Shown piece by piece: positions 15,987 through 23,496 of a stretch of DNA of 32,000 bases (its first letter is position 1; the number at the start of each line of letters is the position of its first letter). The notes below the pieces were generated by a model. The model saw only the letters and a program-made list of their open reading frames with translations, was not told the origin of the DNA and searched no databases. Where the stretch lies: assembly GCF_000007145.1 (NCBI RefSeq), contig NC_003902.1, forward strand, positions 2,246,497 through 2,278,496. Direction: 5' to 3'. A program made the position numbers and the translations under genes. This stretch comes from Xanthomonas campestris pv. campestris str. ATCC 33913. Its GTDB lineage: Bacteria; Pseudomonadota; Gammaproteobacteria; Xanthomonadales; Xanthomonadaceae.

Positions 15987-17120
15987 TCAGGCAACGCACT
16001 TGCGGAGAAAGAGGGTGCCGGCGGTGACGAAGGCGCAGTCGAATCCGCCACCGACGAGCAGGGCATCGCCAGCGCGGCATGGGCCGTCGCCGAATGCCCA
16101 GACGTAGTCGTCCAGCAGTAGCCAACCGCCGGGGCGCATCCACGGCAGCCAGGTGGCGATGTCGGCGACGACCTCGGCATGGGCGTGGTTGCCGTCGATA
16201 TGCAGCACTGCGATGGTTCCCCGCACTGCGACCGGTCGCAGCGGCCCGCTGTCCAGCGAGCCGCTGGCTGCGGCTTGGCGGTAGACCGAGATGGCTGCCT
16301 GCGAGGGCAGGCGGATGCAGCCCATGCCAGGGATTTGCGAAGCAGCCGCCAGGAAATTGTCGAAGATCTGCGCAAAATCCACCACCACATCGTTTCCGTT
16401 CAGGATCGCGGCGGCGTCGCCCTGGTCGCGTGCCTGCGCAAAGCCCCAGGCATCCACGCAGATGGTAGAGCCAAGCGCGTAGCGGTGTGCCAGGCTACCA
16501 AGCGCCAGCGCTGATCTTCCATACAGACAGCCGATCTCCACGACGTCACCGGGGGGCGCAATCCGCGCCAGCGCGCAAAGCGCAAGCAGCTTCGTCTCGT
16601 CGCACTGTCCGGGTGTGCGCAAAAATTGGCGGTGCAGGCCAGCCGCCTCGTGCACCGTCAGCGCGGCCGCCGGCGCCGGGGCATCGGGTAGCTGCCAGGG
16701 AGACGGATCTTCGATCGCCGCTTCGGCCCACTGCCGGCTGCGGGCAAATGCAGCGCGCTCTGTCTCATGCGGACTGGGCGTGCACAGCCTTAAAGGCTGC
16801 CCCGTGCCCCAGTCCTTCGCCAGTAAATGGTCCAGATAGGCCCAGACGCCCTGGTGCGCGCTGAACACGTCAGTAACACCATGCGCGGCGACAAGACACC
16901 GCAGGGCAGGTACGAACGCCGGGTCTGTGATGTAGGGCAGGGGCAGAACCGCTTCCACGCCGAACAGGCGATCCTCGGTGGGCTCGGAACTGGCACCGAG
17001 CACACGCTGGCCCAGCGAGCGGGCGACCGCGATCCAGGCTGCCGATGCGTCCAGGTTGACCGGAAAAACCAACACGGTCGGTACGCCTGGGGCCGGCGTG
17101 CGCGCCACCGGGGCGTTCAT
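15987..17120 (-). CDS. Two-domain protein (~377 aa): an N-terminal Rossmann-like domain of unknown function fused to a class I SAM-dependent methyltransferase (Methyltransf_24/CmcI-like)
   Basis: This lies inside ORF 15987..17222(-). The ATG at 17118-17120 overlaps the upstream stop (ATGA). The C-terminal half has GDVVEIGCLYGRSALALG (SAM motif I) and ...IAVLHIDGNHAHAEVVADIATWLPWMRPGGWLLLDDY. The N-terminal ~170 aa (PTVLVFPVNLDASAAWIAVARSLGQRVLGASS...) loosely resemble the pre-ATP-grasp N-domain of the neighbouring ligase. Confidence 0.7.
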   Translation of the reverse strand: MNAPVARTPAPGVPTVLVFPVNLDASAAWIAVARSLGQRVLGASSEPTEDRLFGVEAVLPLPYITDPAFVPALRCLVAAHGVTDVFSAHQGVWAYLDHLLAKDWGTGQPLRLCTPSPHETERAAFARSRQWAEAAIEDPSPWQLPDAPAPAAALTVHEAAGLHRQFLRTPGQCDETKLLALCALARIAPPGDVVEIGCLYGRSALALGSLAHRYALGSTICVDAWGFAQARDQGDAAAILNGNDVVVDFAQIFDNFLAAASQIPGMGCIRLPSQAAISVYRQAAASGSLDSGPLRPVAVRGTIAVLHIDGNHAHAEVVADIATWLPWMRPGGWLLLDDYVWAFGDGPCRAGDALLVGGGFDCAFVTAGTLFLRKCVA

Positions 17121-17857
17121 CGGACGCAGCCGATGCACAGCAGCCGCTCGCTGGTGTCCAGCAAGCGGTGGCCGGAGGCCTTGAGATAGGCACGTAACAG
17201 CCAAGGCTGGGTCAGTCCCCAACGGATCAGGGCATCCTCGTGGCGGCGCTTGTACTTGCCGACCGGGATCACGACCACCTCGTCGCAGACCTCACGCATG
17301 TGCGCGGTGATCTCCGCAACGCTGAAGAACCGGATGTCGTAGAGAGGATCGGTACGCTTCATGGTGTCGAAGTAGGCGAGGAACCGGGCGTTGTGCCGGT
17401 TATGCACGGTGGCGATCATGCGATGGGCGGTGACCCGGGCCTGTTCCCTGGCCAGGGTCTGGATCTGGTCATCGGAAAACAGCACCCAGAAGCCGTTGTG
17501 GTAGGTGACATCGACCGCGCGGTCGGGTAAGGCCATCTCGAAGGCGCTCATGCGGGCGATGTGCGTGGCGAATTGCGGAAACGCTTGCTTTGCCCGTTGC
17601 ACGGACTCCATGGAGAAATCCATGCCGGAGCAGTTCACGCCCATCGACCGCAGTGAAGCCATATCGCGGAAGCTGCCGGCAGCAAGCTCCAGCACGCTGT
17701 GCTCATCGCGTTCCAGCAGGGCGTGGATATAGTGAGCATGGCGACGATCGTGCTGATAGCGGTCGAAGATCTGGGTCCACTTGCGGTCCCATTCGTCGGC
17801 ACTGGAGGTCGGATTCAAGTTAATCAGTGGCATGCGATGACGCTCGGGAAAGGGCAT
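17117..17857 (-). CDS. Class I SAM-dependent methyltransferase-like protein (238-246 aa)
   Basis: ORF 17117..17857(-) contains ...HSVLELAAGSFRDMASLRSMGVNCSGMDFSMESVQRAKQAF...VDVTYHNGFWVLFSD, i.e. motif I-like ELAAGS, a post-I acidic MDFS, and motif II/III-like strands. The start is ambiguous between the ATG at 17857 and the ATG at 17833; both overlap the upstream gene. Confidence 0.65.
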   Translation of the reverse strand: MPFPERHRMPLINLNPTSSADEWDRKWTQIFDRYQHDRRHAHYIHALLERDEHSVLELAAGSFRDMASLRSMGVNCSGMDFSMESVQRAKQAFPQFATHIARMSAFEMALPDRAVDVTYHNGFWVLFSDDQIQTLAREQARVTAHRMIATVHNRHNARFLAYFDTMKRTDPLYDIRFFSVAEITAHMREVCDEVVVIPVGKYKRRHEDALIRWGLTQPWLLRAYLKASGHRLLDTSERLLCIGCVR

Positions 17858-18863
17858 GGACAGAGGATGAGACCGGCATGCGCTCGGCGGATAGTTCGAC
17901 GATGTGCGCGCTCCGGGTGAACACGCGCGCCTGCGTCATCTGTGGCATCGGTGGCAGCGGGCTGCCGGTGAAGCAGGCCAGGTGGGCGGCGGGCATGTCG
18001 TAACCGGCAAGCACCGAGAAGCCCACGCCTGCGGAGAAGCGTGGGTTTACATCCATCAGCAGGTAGCGGTCATCAAGGCGCAGGAACTCGATGTTTGTGC
18101 AGCCATGCAGATCGAGCGTGGCGGCGACATGCAGGGCCTGTGCTTCCAGGTCCGGGGCGACGGCAACGCGCACGGTGGTACCAGCACCGTTGGCAGTACG
18201 CAGTAGTTCCTCACGGCACAGACACTGCCCTGCACCGCTGACACGCTCGCGTACCACGTCGGCGACGAACACTGCGCCCGGGCGGTAGGGCTGCAGCAAG
18301 TAGTCGTCTGGGTCCAGGTGCCGGTGCGCGGACGCAAGATCCTCGGCGTCGTGCAGGATGCGCTGGCCCTGGCTGCTGCGCCCGCGACGCGGTTTGACCA
18401 GCAGTGGGAACGCGGGCAGGTCGGCCACCTGACAGAGCGGAAAGGAAGGAATCGCCGCCACCCGGGGATCGCCGGAAAAACGCGCGTGCAGCGCAAGTTT
18501 GTCGCGCGCCAGCGCGATCGCATCCGCGTCGGAGGTGCAGATGGTCACGCCGTGATTGGCAAAGCGCGCTTTGTGCGCGGCCAGCACATCCACCTCCGGG
18601 TCGGTTAGCGGCATGACCAGGCCGATCTGCTCGCGCAAACAGACCCCCAGTAGCGCATCGGCGTAGTCATCGGCGGCCTGGCCGGGCGGCAGGGCAACGA
18701 AATCGTCAACCATGGTCGAGGCCGCCACCCAGTTGCGCGGATGGATGTCGCTACCGACGATCCGGGCGTCACTGCAGGCACGAAGCGCGCTCAGCACGCT
18801 GACACCCGACATCGAGCCGATTGACGTCACCAAAATGCCGCGTCTGATGGACTCAGGACGCAT
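17820..18863 (-). CDS. ATP-grasp domain ligase (347 aa; carbamoyl-phosphate-synthase-L-chain-like)
   Basis: ORF 17820..18863(-) has a Rossmann-like N-domain (ILVTSIGSMSGVSVLSALR...IVGSDI), then ...FPLLVKPRRGRSSQGQRIL...YLLQPYRPGAVFVADVV...GCTNIEFLRLDDRYLLMDVNPRFS. The K-loop, the E/N metal ligands and the terminal (M)D(V)NPRF are typical of ATP-grasp enzymes. Confidence 0.8.
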   Translation of the reverse strand: MRPESIRRGILVTSIGSMSGVSVLSALRACSDARIVGSDIHPRNWVAASTMVDDFVALPPGQAADDYADALLGVCLREQIGLVMPLTDPEVDVLAAHKARFANHGVTICTSDADAIALARDKLALHARFSGDPRVAAIPSFPLCQVADLPAFPLLVKPRRGRSSQGQRILHDAEDLASAHRHLDPDDYLLQPYRPGAVFVADVVRERVSGAGQCLCREELLRTANGAGTTVRVAVAPDLEAQALHVAATLDLHGCTNIEFLRLDDRYLLMDVNPRFSAGVGFSVLAGYDMPAAHLACFTGSPLPPMPQMTQARVFTRSAHIVELSAERMPVSSSVHALSRASSHATD

Positions 18864-20103
18864 TGGCGATCGTGTCCACCACCGTCTGGACCACCTCGTC
18901 AGGAAGGCCAGGATAGATCGGCAGGCAGATCACCCGGTCTGCGGCGCTGTAGGTATTTGGGAGCCCGGCCGGGCAGGCCGATTGCAACGCGCTATACATT
19001 GGAAAGCTGGTGATCGGCGGGTAAAAGTAGCGACGTGTATGGATATTCTTGCGCTTGAACAGTGCGTACAGCGCATCGCGATCGAGCGGGTAGCCGGCCT
19101 CGACAAAGATGGGGAAATAGGATGCATTGTGGCGTTTGGCACTGCTGGTCAGGCAGGTAATGCCGCACACCTGCGTCAGGTGCTGCCTGTAAAAAGCCGC
19201 GATGCGGCGACGCTCGGCCAGTACCTCGTCGATGTGCTTGAGCTGGAGCAGGCCGAAGGCGGCGTTGATCTCCGACATCTTGCCGTTGATGCCTGGTTCC
19301 ACCACCGTGGTCTCGTCGACGAAGCCGAAGTTCTTGAGATGGTCGATGCGCTGCTTGGTCTCTGCGTCCGGGCTGACTATGGCGCCACCCTCGAACGTGT
19401 TGAAGACCTTGGTGGCATGAAAGCTCAGCACCGATAGGTCGCCGTGACGCAGGATGCTGCCGCCGGAGTCGGTCACTCCGAAGGCATGCGCCGCGTCGTA
19501 GATCACCTTCAGCCCATGACAATCGGCAATGGCCTTGATCGCCGCCACGTCGCAGGGATTGCCATAGCAGTGCATCGGCAGGATCGCGGTGGTGCGCGAG
19601 GTGATCGCTGCCTCGATCCGGTCCGGGTGCAGATTCAGCGTCTCAGGATCGATATCTACAAATACCGGCTGTAGCCGGTTCCACAGCAGGGAGTGCGATG
19701 TCGCGACGAAGCTGTAGGGCGTCGTGATGACCTCGCCGGCAAGGTCTAGCGCCTGCAGCCCGGTCATCAGCGCTAGGGTACCGTTCGCAAACAGGGAGAC
19801 GTGCTTCAGCCCCAGGTAATCGCCCAGGCAACGTTCCAGTTCCTGATGACAGGGACCGTTGTTGGTGAGCACCTTGCGCTCCCAGATGCCTTCCAGATAA
19901 GGCAGGAACTCATGCAGCGGCGGAAGATAGGGCTGGGTGACGAAGATCGGATCCCGGCCGGCCTGCGGGTCGCAGGCCGGCGGTGACAGCGTGGCTGGCC
20001 CTTCCCCGTTGGTCCCGGCTACCGGAGACGACGCCTCCGTGTAGTGCGAGCCGGCGGCCGCAGGCTCGTGCGATACGGGGCGATGGTCGAGCGCTCGATA
20101 CAC
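18853..20103 (-). CDS. DegT/DnrJ/EryC1/StrS-family PLP-dependent sugar aminotransferase
   Basis: ORF 18853..20142(-) contains ...IFVTQPYLPPLHEFLPYLEGIWERKVLTNNGPCHQELERCLGDYLG...SLFANGTLAL...ITTPYSFVATSHSL...DAAHAFG...LSFHATKVFNTFEGGAIV (the catalytic Lys is in HATK). The track start at 20142 is a TTG lying inside the sigma-54 promoter. I chose the GTG at 20101-20103, preceded by GGAGacagcc. The true start could be further downstream. Confidence 0.85.
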   Translation of the reverse strand: MYRALDHRPVSHEPAAAGSHYTEASSPVAGTNGEGPATLSPPACDPQAGRDPIFVTQPYLPPLHEFLPYLEGIWERKVLTNNGPCHQELERCLGDYLGLKHVSLFANGTLALMTGLQALDLAGEVITTPYSFVATSHSLLWNRLQPVFVDIDPETLNLHPDRIEAAITSRTTAILPMHCYGNPCDVAAIKAIADCHGLKVIYDAAHAFGVTDSGGSILRHGDLSVLSFHATKVFNTFEGGAIVSPDAETKQRIDHLKNFGFVDETTVVEPGINGKMSEINAAFGLLQLKHIDEVLAERRRIAAFYRQHLTQVCGITCLTSSAKRHNASYFPIFVEAGYPLDRDALYALFKRKNIHTRRYFYPPITSFPMYSALQSACPAGLPNTYSAADRVICLPIYPGLPDEVVQTVVDTIANAS

Positions 20104-20146
20104 GGCTGTCTCCGGCTGAGCCGGCAGGAGCCGGCTGTGCAATCCT

Positions 20147-20160
20147 GCAAGTGGCGTGCC
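20147..20160 (-). promoter_or_regulatory. Sigma-54 promoter in front of the sugar-tailoring/glycosyltransferase operon
   Basis: The minus strand reads gtttaGGCACgccacTTGCAggatt, 58 nt downstream of the fleQ stop. The predicted +1 is about 20135, giving a 32-nt leader that carries GGAG before the GTG at 20103. Confidence 0.65.
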
Positions 20161-20217
20161 TAAACTTCGTTAAAGCCGTGGTGTTGACGCAGAGAGCTGC
20201 CAAGCGGCTGCCTGGCT

Positions 20218-21708
20218 CTAGTTTGCCAGCTCGGTCTGCTCGCGGTCGATGCCGTACTTGCGCAGCTTCTCCACCAAGGTGGTGCGGCGCAGGCCGAGCA
20301 GTTGCGCGGCGTGGGCGACCACGCCTTGGGTGCGTTCCAGTGCCTCGTTGATCAAGGCCAGCTCGATGTTGGCCATATGGCCGCGCAGGTCGATGCCATC
20401 GTCGGGCAGGCTGGAGGCTGTCAACGGTTCGGCATCGGCGTGCGCGGTGGCCGGCTGCAGGGTGACCACGTTGCTCGGCAAGGCGGCAACCTCGCCATGT
20501 GGCGCGACCAGCGCCGGCTCCGGCGGCAGTTCCACCGGGATCGACGAAGCGAAATCACCGCGATAACGCGCCGGCAGGTCCTGCACCCGCACCAGCCCAC
20601 CGGGATGCAGCACCGCCAGGCGCTCCACCAGGTTGGTCAGTTCGCGCACATTGCCCGGCCAGTCGTAGCTGCGCAGCGCCTGCAAGGCCTCGTCGGCAAA
20701 GCGCACTTCGCCGCGGCCGGTGCGGGCCAGCTGCCCGGCAATGGTCTGCACCAGGATCGCCAGGTCGTCCACGCGTTCGCGCAAGGCCGGCATCTCGATC
20801 GGGAACACGTTAAGGCGATAGAACAGGTCCTCGCGGAACTGGCCGTCGCTGATGCGGGTTTCCAGATTACGGTGGGTCGCGGCGATCACGCGCACGTTGC
20901 AGCGGATGGTCTGCCCGCCGCCCACGCGCTCGAAGCTGCGCTCCTGCAGCACACGCAGCAGCTTGACCTGCATCGGCAGGCTCATGTCGCCGATTTCGTC
21001 CAGCAGCAGCGTGCCGCCTTCGGCCATTTCGAAGCGGCCCTTGCGGGTGGTCAGCGCGCCGGTGAAGGCGCCTTTTTCGTGACCGAACAATTCGCTTTCC
21101 AGCAGGTCCGGCGGAATCGCGCCGCAGTTGATGGCCACGAACGGCCCATCACGGCGCGGCGAATGCTGGTGGATGGCGCGCGCCACCACTTCCTTGCCGG
21201 TGCCGGATTCGCCCAGCACCAAAACGGTGGTGTCGAACGCGGCCACCTGGTCGATCAGGCGGCGCAGGCGGGTGACCGCCTCGCTGTTGCCGGTCGGGCC
21301 GGTGTCTTGCTGCACGCCGGCCTGGTGTTCGGCGTCCAGGCGTTTGAGGCTGGCACGGCGCAGCAGCGCCTCCAGCTGCGCATGCCGCAGGGGGGTATCC
21401 AGCGCCCACACGTTGGCCTCATGCAGGCCGTGCGCCTGTGCAAACGCCGACGGGCTGCCTTCCATCAGCAGCACCGGCGGCGGCAGCTTGGCATCGGCCA
21501 GCCAGTCGAAGAACTTGTCGGCCTGCGCAGCGTCCTGCGCCGAGCCCACCATCACCGCCATCCACTCATCGTGGCGGTGGCGGCCAGGATTGATGTCGGC
21601 GCCGTCGGTGACCCAGCGTGGGTTGAAGTCCATGAACTCGAGCAACGACACCGTGCGCTCGGCGCGCACGGCATCGCTGTCGATTAACAGAATGCGGGAC
21701 TCACTCAT
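20218..21708 (-). CDS. fleQ: Sigma-54-dependent flagellar master activator FleQ (496 aa; degenerate REC, AAA+ and Fis-type HTH domains)
   Basis: ORF 20218..21708(-) contains VLVLGESGTGKEVVARAIH (Walker A), ESELFGHEKGAFTGA (the GAFTGA sigma-54 contact loop), LLLDEIGDM (Walker B), and a C-terminal HTH (AAQLLGLRRTTLVEKLRKYGI). The N-terminal receiver-like domain has no Asp at the usual acceptor position (AVMVGS). Confidence 0.95.
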   Translation of the reverse strand: MSESRILLIDSDAVRAERTVSLLEFMDFNPRWVTDGADINPGRHRHDEWMAVMVGSAQDAAQADKFFDWLADAKLPPPVLLMEGSPSAFAQAHGLHEANVWALDTPLRHAQLEALLRRASLKRLDAEHQAGVQQDTGPTGNSEAVTRLRRLIDQVAAFDTTVLVLGESGTGKEVVARAIHQHSPRRDGPFVAINCGAIPPDLLESELFGHEKGAFTGALTTRKGRFEMAEGGTLLLDEIGDMSLPMQVKLLRVLQERSFERVGGGQTIRCNVRVIAATHRNLETRISDGQFREDLFYRLNVFPIEMPALRERVDDLAILVQTIAGQLARTGRGEVRFADEALQALRSYDWPGNVRELTNLVERLAVLHPGGLVRVQDLPARYRGDFASSIPVELPPEPALVAPHGEVAALPSNVVTLQPATAHADAEPLTASSLPDDGIDLRGHMANIELALINEALERTQGVVAHAAQLLGLRRTTLVEKLRKYGIDREQTELAN

Positions 21709-22084
21709 TCCTGGCTCCTTCCGTCAGGCCCTCCAGGATTGGCATGACTTCCTGGATATAGGACAGCTTGCTGACAAAATTGTCAGCACCCGCGCGAAGA
21801 GCGTGTTCACGATGCTCTGCATCGTCGAAGTGGCTCGCGATGACAATATACGGCGGATCGTCCTGCGTCTTGATCAGACGGGTGGCCTGCAGGCCTCCCA
21901 TCTCGGGCATGGCCAGGTCCATCAGCACGACATTGGGGCGCAGCGACTCAGAGCGCTCGATCGCTTCCAGTCCATTGGCGGCACTGCCCACGATATTGAG
22001 CCACTCCACTTTGCGAAAATGACGCATCGCAGCGTTGATGAAGCCCTCGTGGTCGTCGACCAGCAGCACGGTGAGTTTGCTCAT
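21701..22084 (-). CDS. vemR: Stand-alone CheY-like receiver protein (127 aa), VemR-type
   Basis: ORF 21701..22084(-) contains LLVDDHEG, VVLMDLAMPEMGG (acceptor Asp), IVIASH and FVSK, so all canonical REC residues are present and there is no output domain. Its position between rpoN2 and fleQ matches the rpoN2-vemR-fleQ arrangement I recall for Xanthomonas campestris. Confidence 0.8.
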   Translation of the reverse strand: MSKLTVLLVDDHEGFINAAMRHFRKVEWLNIVGSAANGLEAIERSESLRPNVVLMDLAMPEMGGLQATRLIKTQDDPPYIVIASHFDDAEHREHALRAGADNFVSKLSYIQEVMPILEGLTEGARNE

Positions 22085-22092
22085 AGTAGTCC

Positions 22093-23496
22093 TTATCCCG
22101 CCCGGGCAAGCAGCGGTTTGGTGGTGCGGCGGCGCTCGCGAGCCGGGGCGATATCGAGTTGTTCGCGGTACTTGGCCACGGTCCGTCGCGCAATATTAAC
22201 GCCCTGGCGCGACAACAGCCCGGCGATGGCTTCGTCGGCCAGCGGGCGTCCGGCCGGTTCGCTTTCAATCAGGCGGCGCACCATGGCCTTGACGGCCTGG
22301 CCGGAGACGCTGGCGCCTTCCAGCCGCACGGCGAAGAAATGCTTCAGTTCGAAGGTGCCGCGCGGGGTCTGGATGTATTTGCCCGTGGTAATACGGGAGA
22401 TCGTCGACTCGTGCATGCCGATCTCGTCGGCGATCTCCTTGAGCGTCAGCGGCGCCATGGCTTCTTCGCCGCGGGCCAGGAAGGCAGCCTGGCGCTCGAC
22501 GATGGCACGGGTGGCGCGCAGCAGGGTCTCGTAGCGCATCGACAGGCCGCGGGTCAGCCAGCGGGCTTCCTGCAGCATGTCGCGCAGCGGCTGGGCGGCG
22601 TCGCCGGCTTCGGCCAGGGCGCGTTCGTGCACCGGATTGATGCTCACCCGGTGGGTGGTGGCCGGATTCAGCGCCACCCGCCAGCTGCCATCGGCGTGCC
22701 AGGCCAGCACGTCCGGGATCACGCTGGCATTGGTTTCCTGCAACAGGTCATCGCCAGGCCGCGGCTGCAGCGACAGGATCAGCCGCACGGCTTCGCGCAC
22801 ATCGTCCACATCGGCATCGTGGGCGCGTGCCAGCAGGGCGTAGTCGTGGCCGGCCAGCAGGTCCAGGTCGCCGGCCAGGATGCGGCCAGCCAGGTGGCGC
22901 GCAGGCACGCGGCCGGGCAGGGCGGCCAGCTGCGCCTGCAGGCATTCGCGCAGATCGCAGGCCGCCAGCCCGGCCGGGTCGCCGTGCAACAGCCGCTGGC
23001 GGATTGCCTCGGCGGCATCCACGCTGATGCCCAAGCGGGTAGCGGCCAGTTGTTGCAGGGTGGGCAGGGCTTCGGTCAGGTAGCCGGCGTCGTCGGTCTG
23101 TTCCAGCCAGAACGCGGCGGTGCCGAGGTCGGTTTCGTCCAGGTCCAGCGCCAACTCGCGCAGGATGCGCACATGCGGGTCGGTGGATTCGCCGGCGGCC
23201 ACGCGCTGCATGCGGTCGTCGTCTTCGCCATTCCAGCTGCTGCTCTGCACCTCCCACATGGTGCTTTCGGGCAACTCGTCGAAGGCGGCCATGTCGGTGG
23301 CGCCATCCTCGGCGCTGGGAGCCTCGTCGCTGCTGTCGGCCAGCTCTTCCAATTCCAGTAATGGATTGGTTTCCAGGGCGCGACGGATCTCCAGTTCCAG
23401 CTGCATGCCGTCCAGTTGCAACAGACGGATCGACTGCAACAGCTGCGGGGTGAGGTGCAGTTGTTGGCCCAGCTGGGCAGAGATGGTCGTCTTCAT
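22093..23496 (-). CDS. rpoN2: RNA polymerase sigma-54 factor, flagellar-cluster paralogue (467 aa)
   Basis: This lies inside ORF 22093..23556(-). From the ATG at 23494-23496 it reads MKTTISAQLGQQLHLTPQLLQSIRLLQLDGMQLELEIRRALETNPLLE (region I). It has an acidic region II and a C-terminal ...ISRITTGKYIQTPRGTFELKHFF (RpoN box ARRTVAKYR present). Confidence 0.95.
   Translation of the reverse strand: MKTTISAQLGQQLHLTPQLLQSIRLLQLDGMQLELEIRRALETNPLLELEELADSSDEAPSAEDGATDMAAFDELPESTMWEVQSSSWNGEDDDRMQRVAAGESTDPHVRILRELALDLDETDLGTAAFWLEQTDDAGYLTEALPTLQQLAATRLGISVDAAEAIRQRLLHGDPAGLAACDLRECLQAQLAALPGRVPARHLAGRILAGDLDLLAGHDYALLARAHDADVDDVREAVRLILSLQPRPGDDLLQETNASVIPDVLAWHADGSWRVALNPATTHRVSINPVHERALAEAGDAAQPLRDMLQEARWLTRGLSMRYETLLRATRAIVERQAAFLARGEEAMAPLTLKEIADEIGMHESTISRITTGKYIQTPRGTFELKHFFAVRLEGASVSGQAVKAMVRRLIESEPAGRPLADEAIAGLLSRQGVNIARRTVAKYREQLDIAPARERRRTTKPLLARAG

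Noticed and set aside
15964-16143. A 60-codon N-terminal extension of the giant glycosyltransferase ORF. Similar extensions occur on fliL (5068..5283), rpoN2 (23497..23556), fliS (25706..25765), fliD (27182..27352), fliC (28602..28634) and the methyltransferase fusion (17121..17222).
   Set aside because: The extensions are Arg/Pro-rich, and they overlap the upstream gene or the promoter and terminator signals. Internal starts give N-termini that match the protein families and have better ribosome-binding sites or stop-start coupling.
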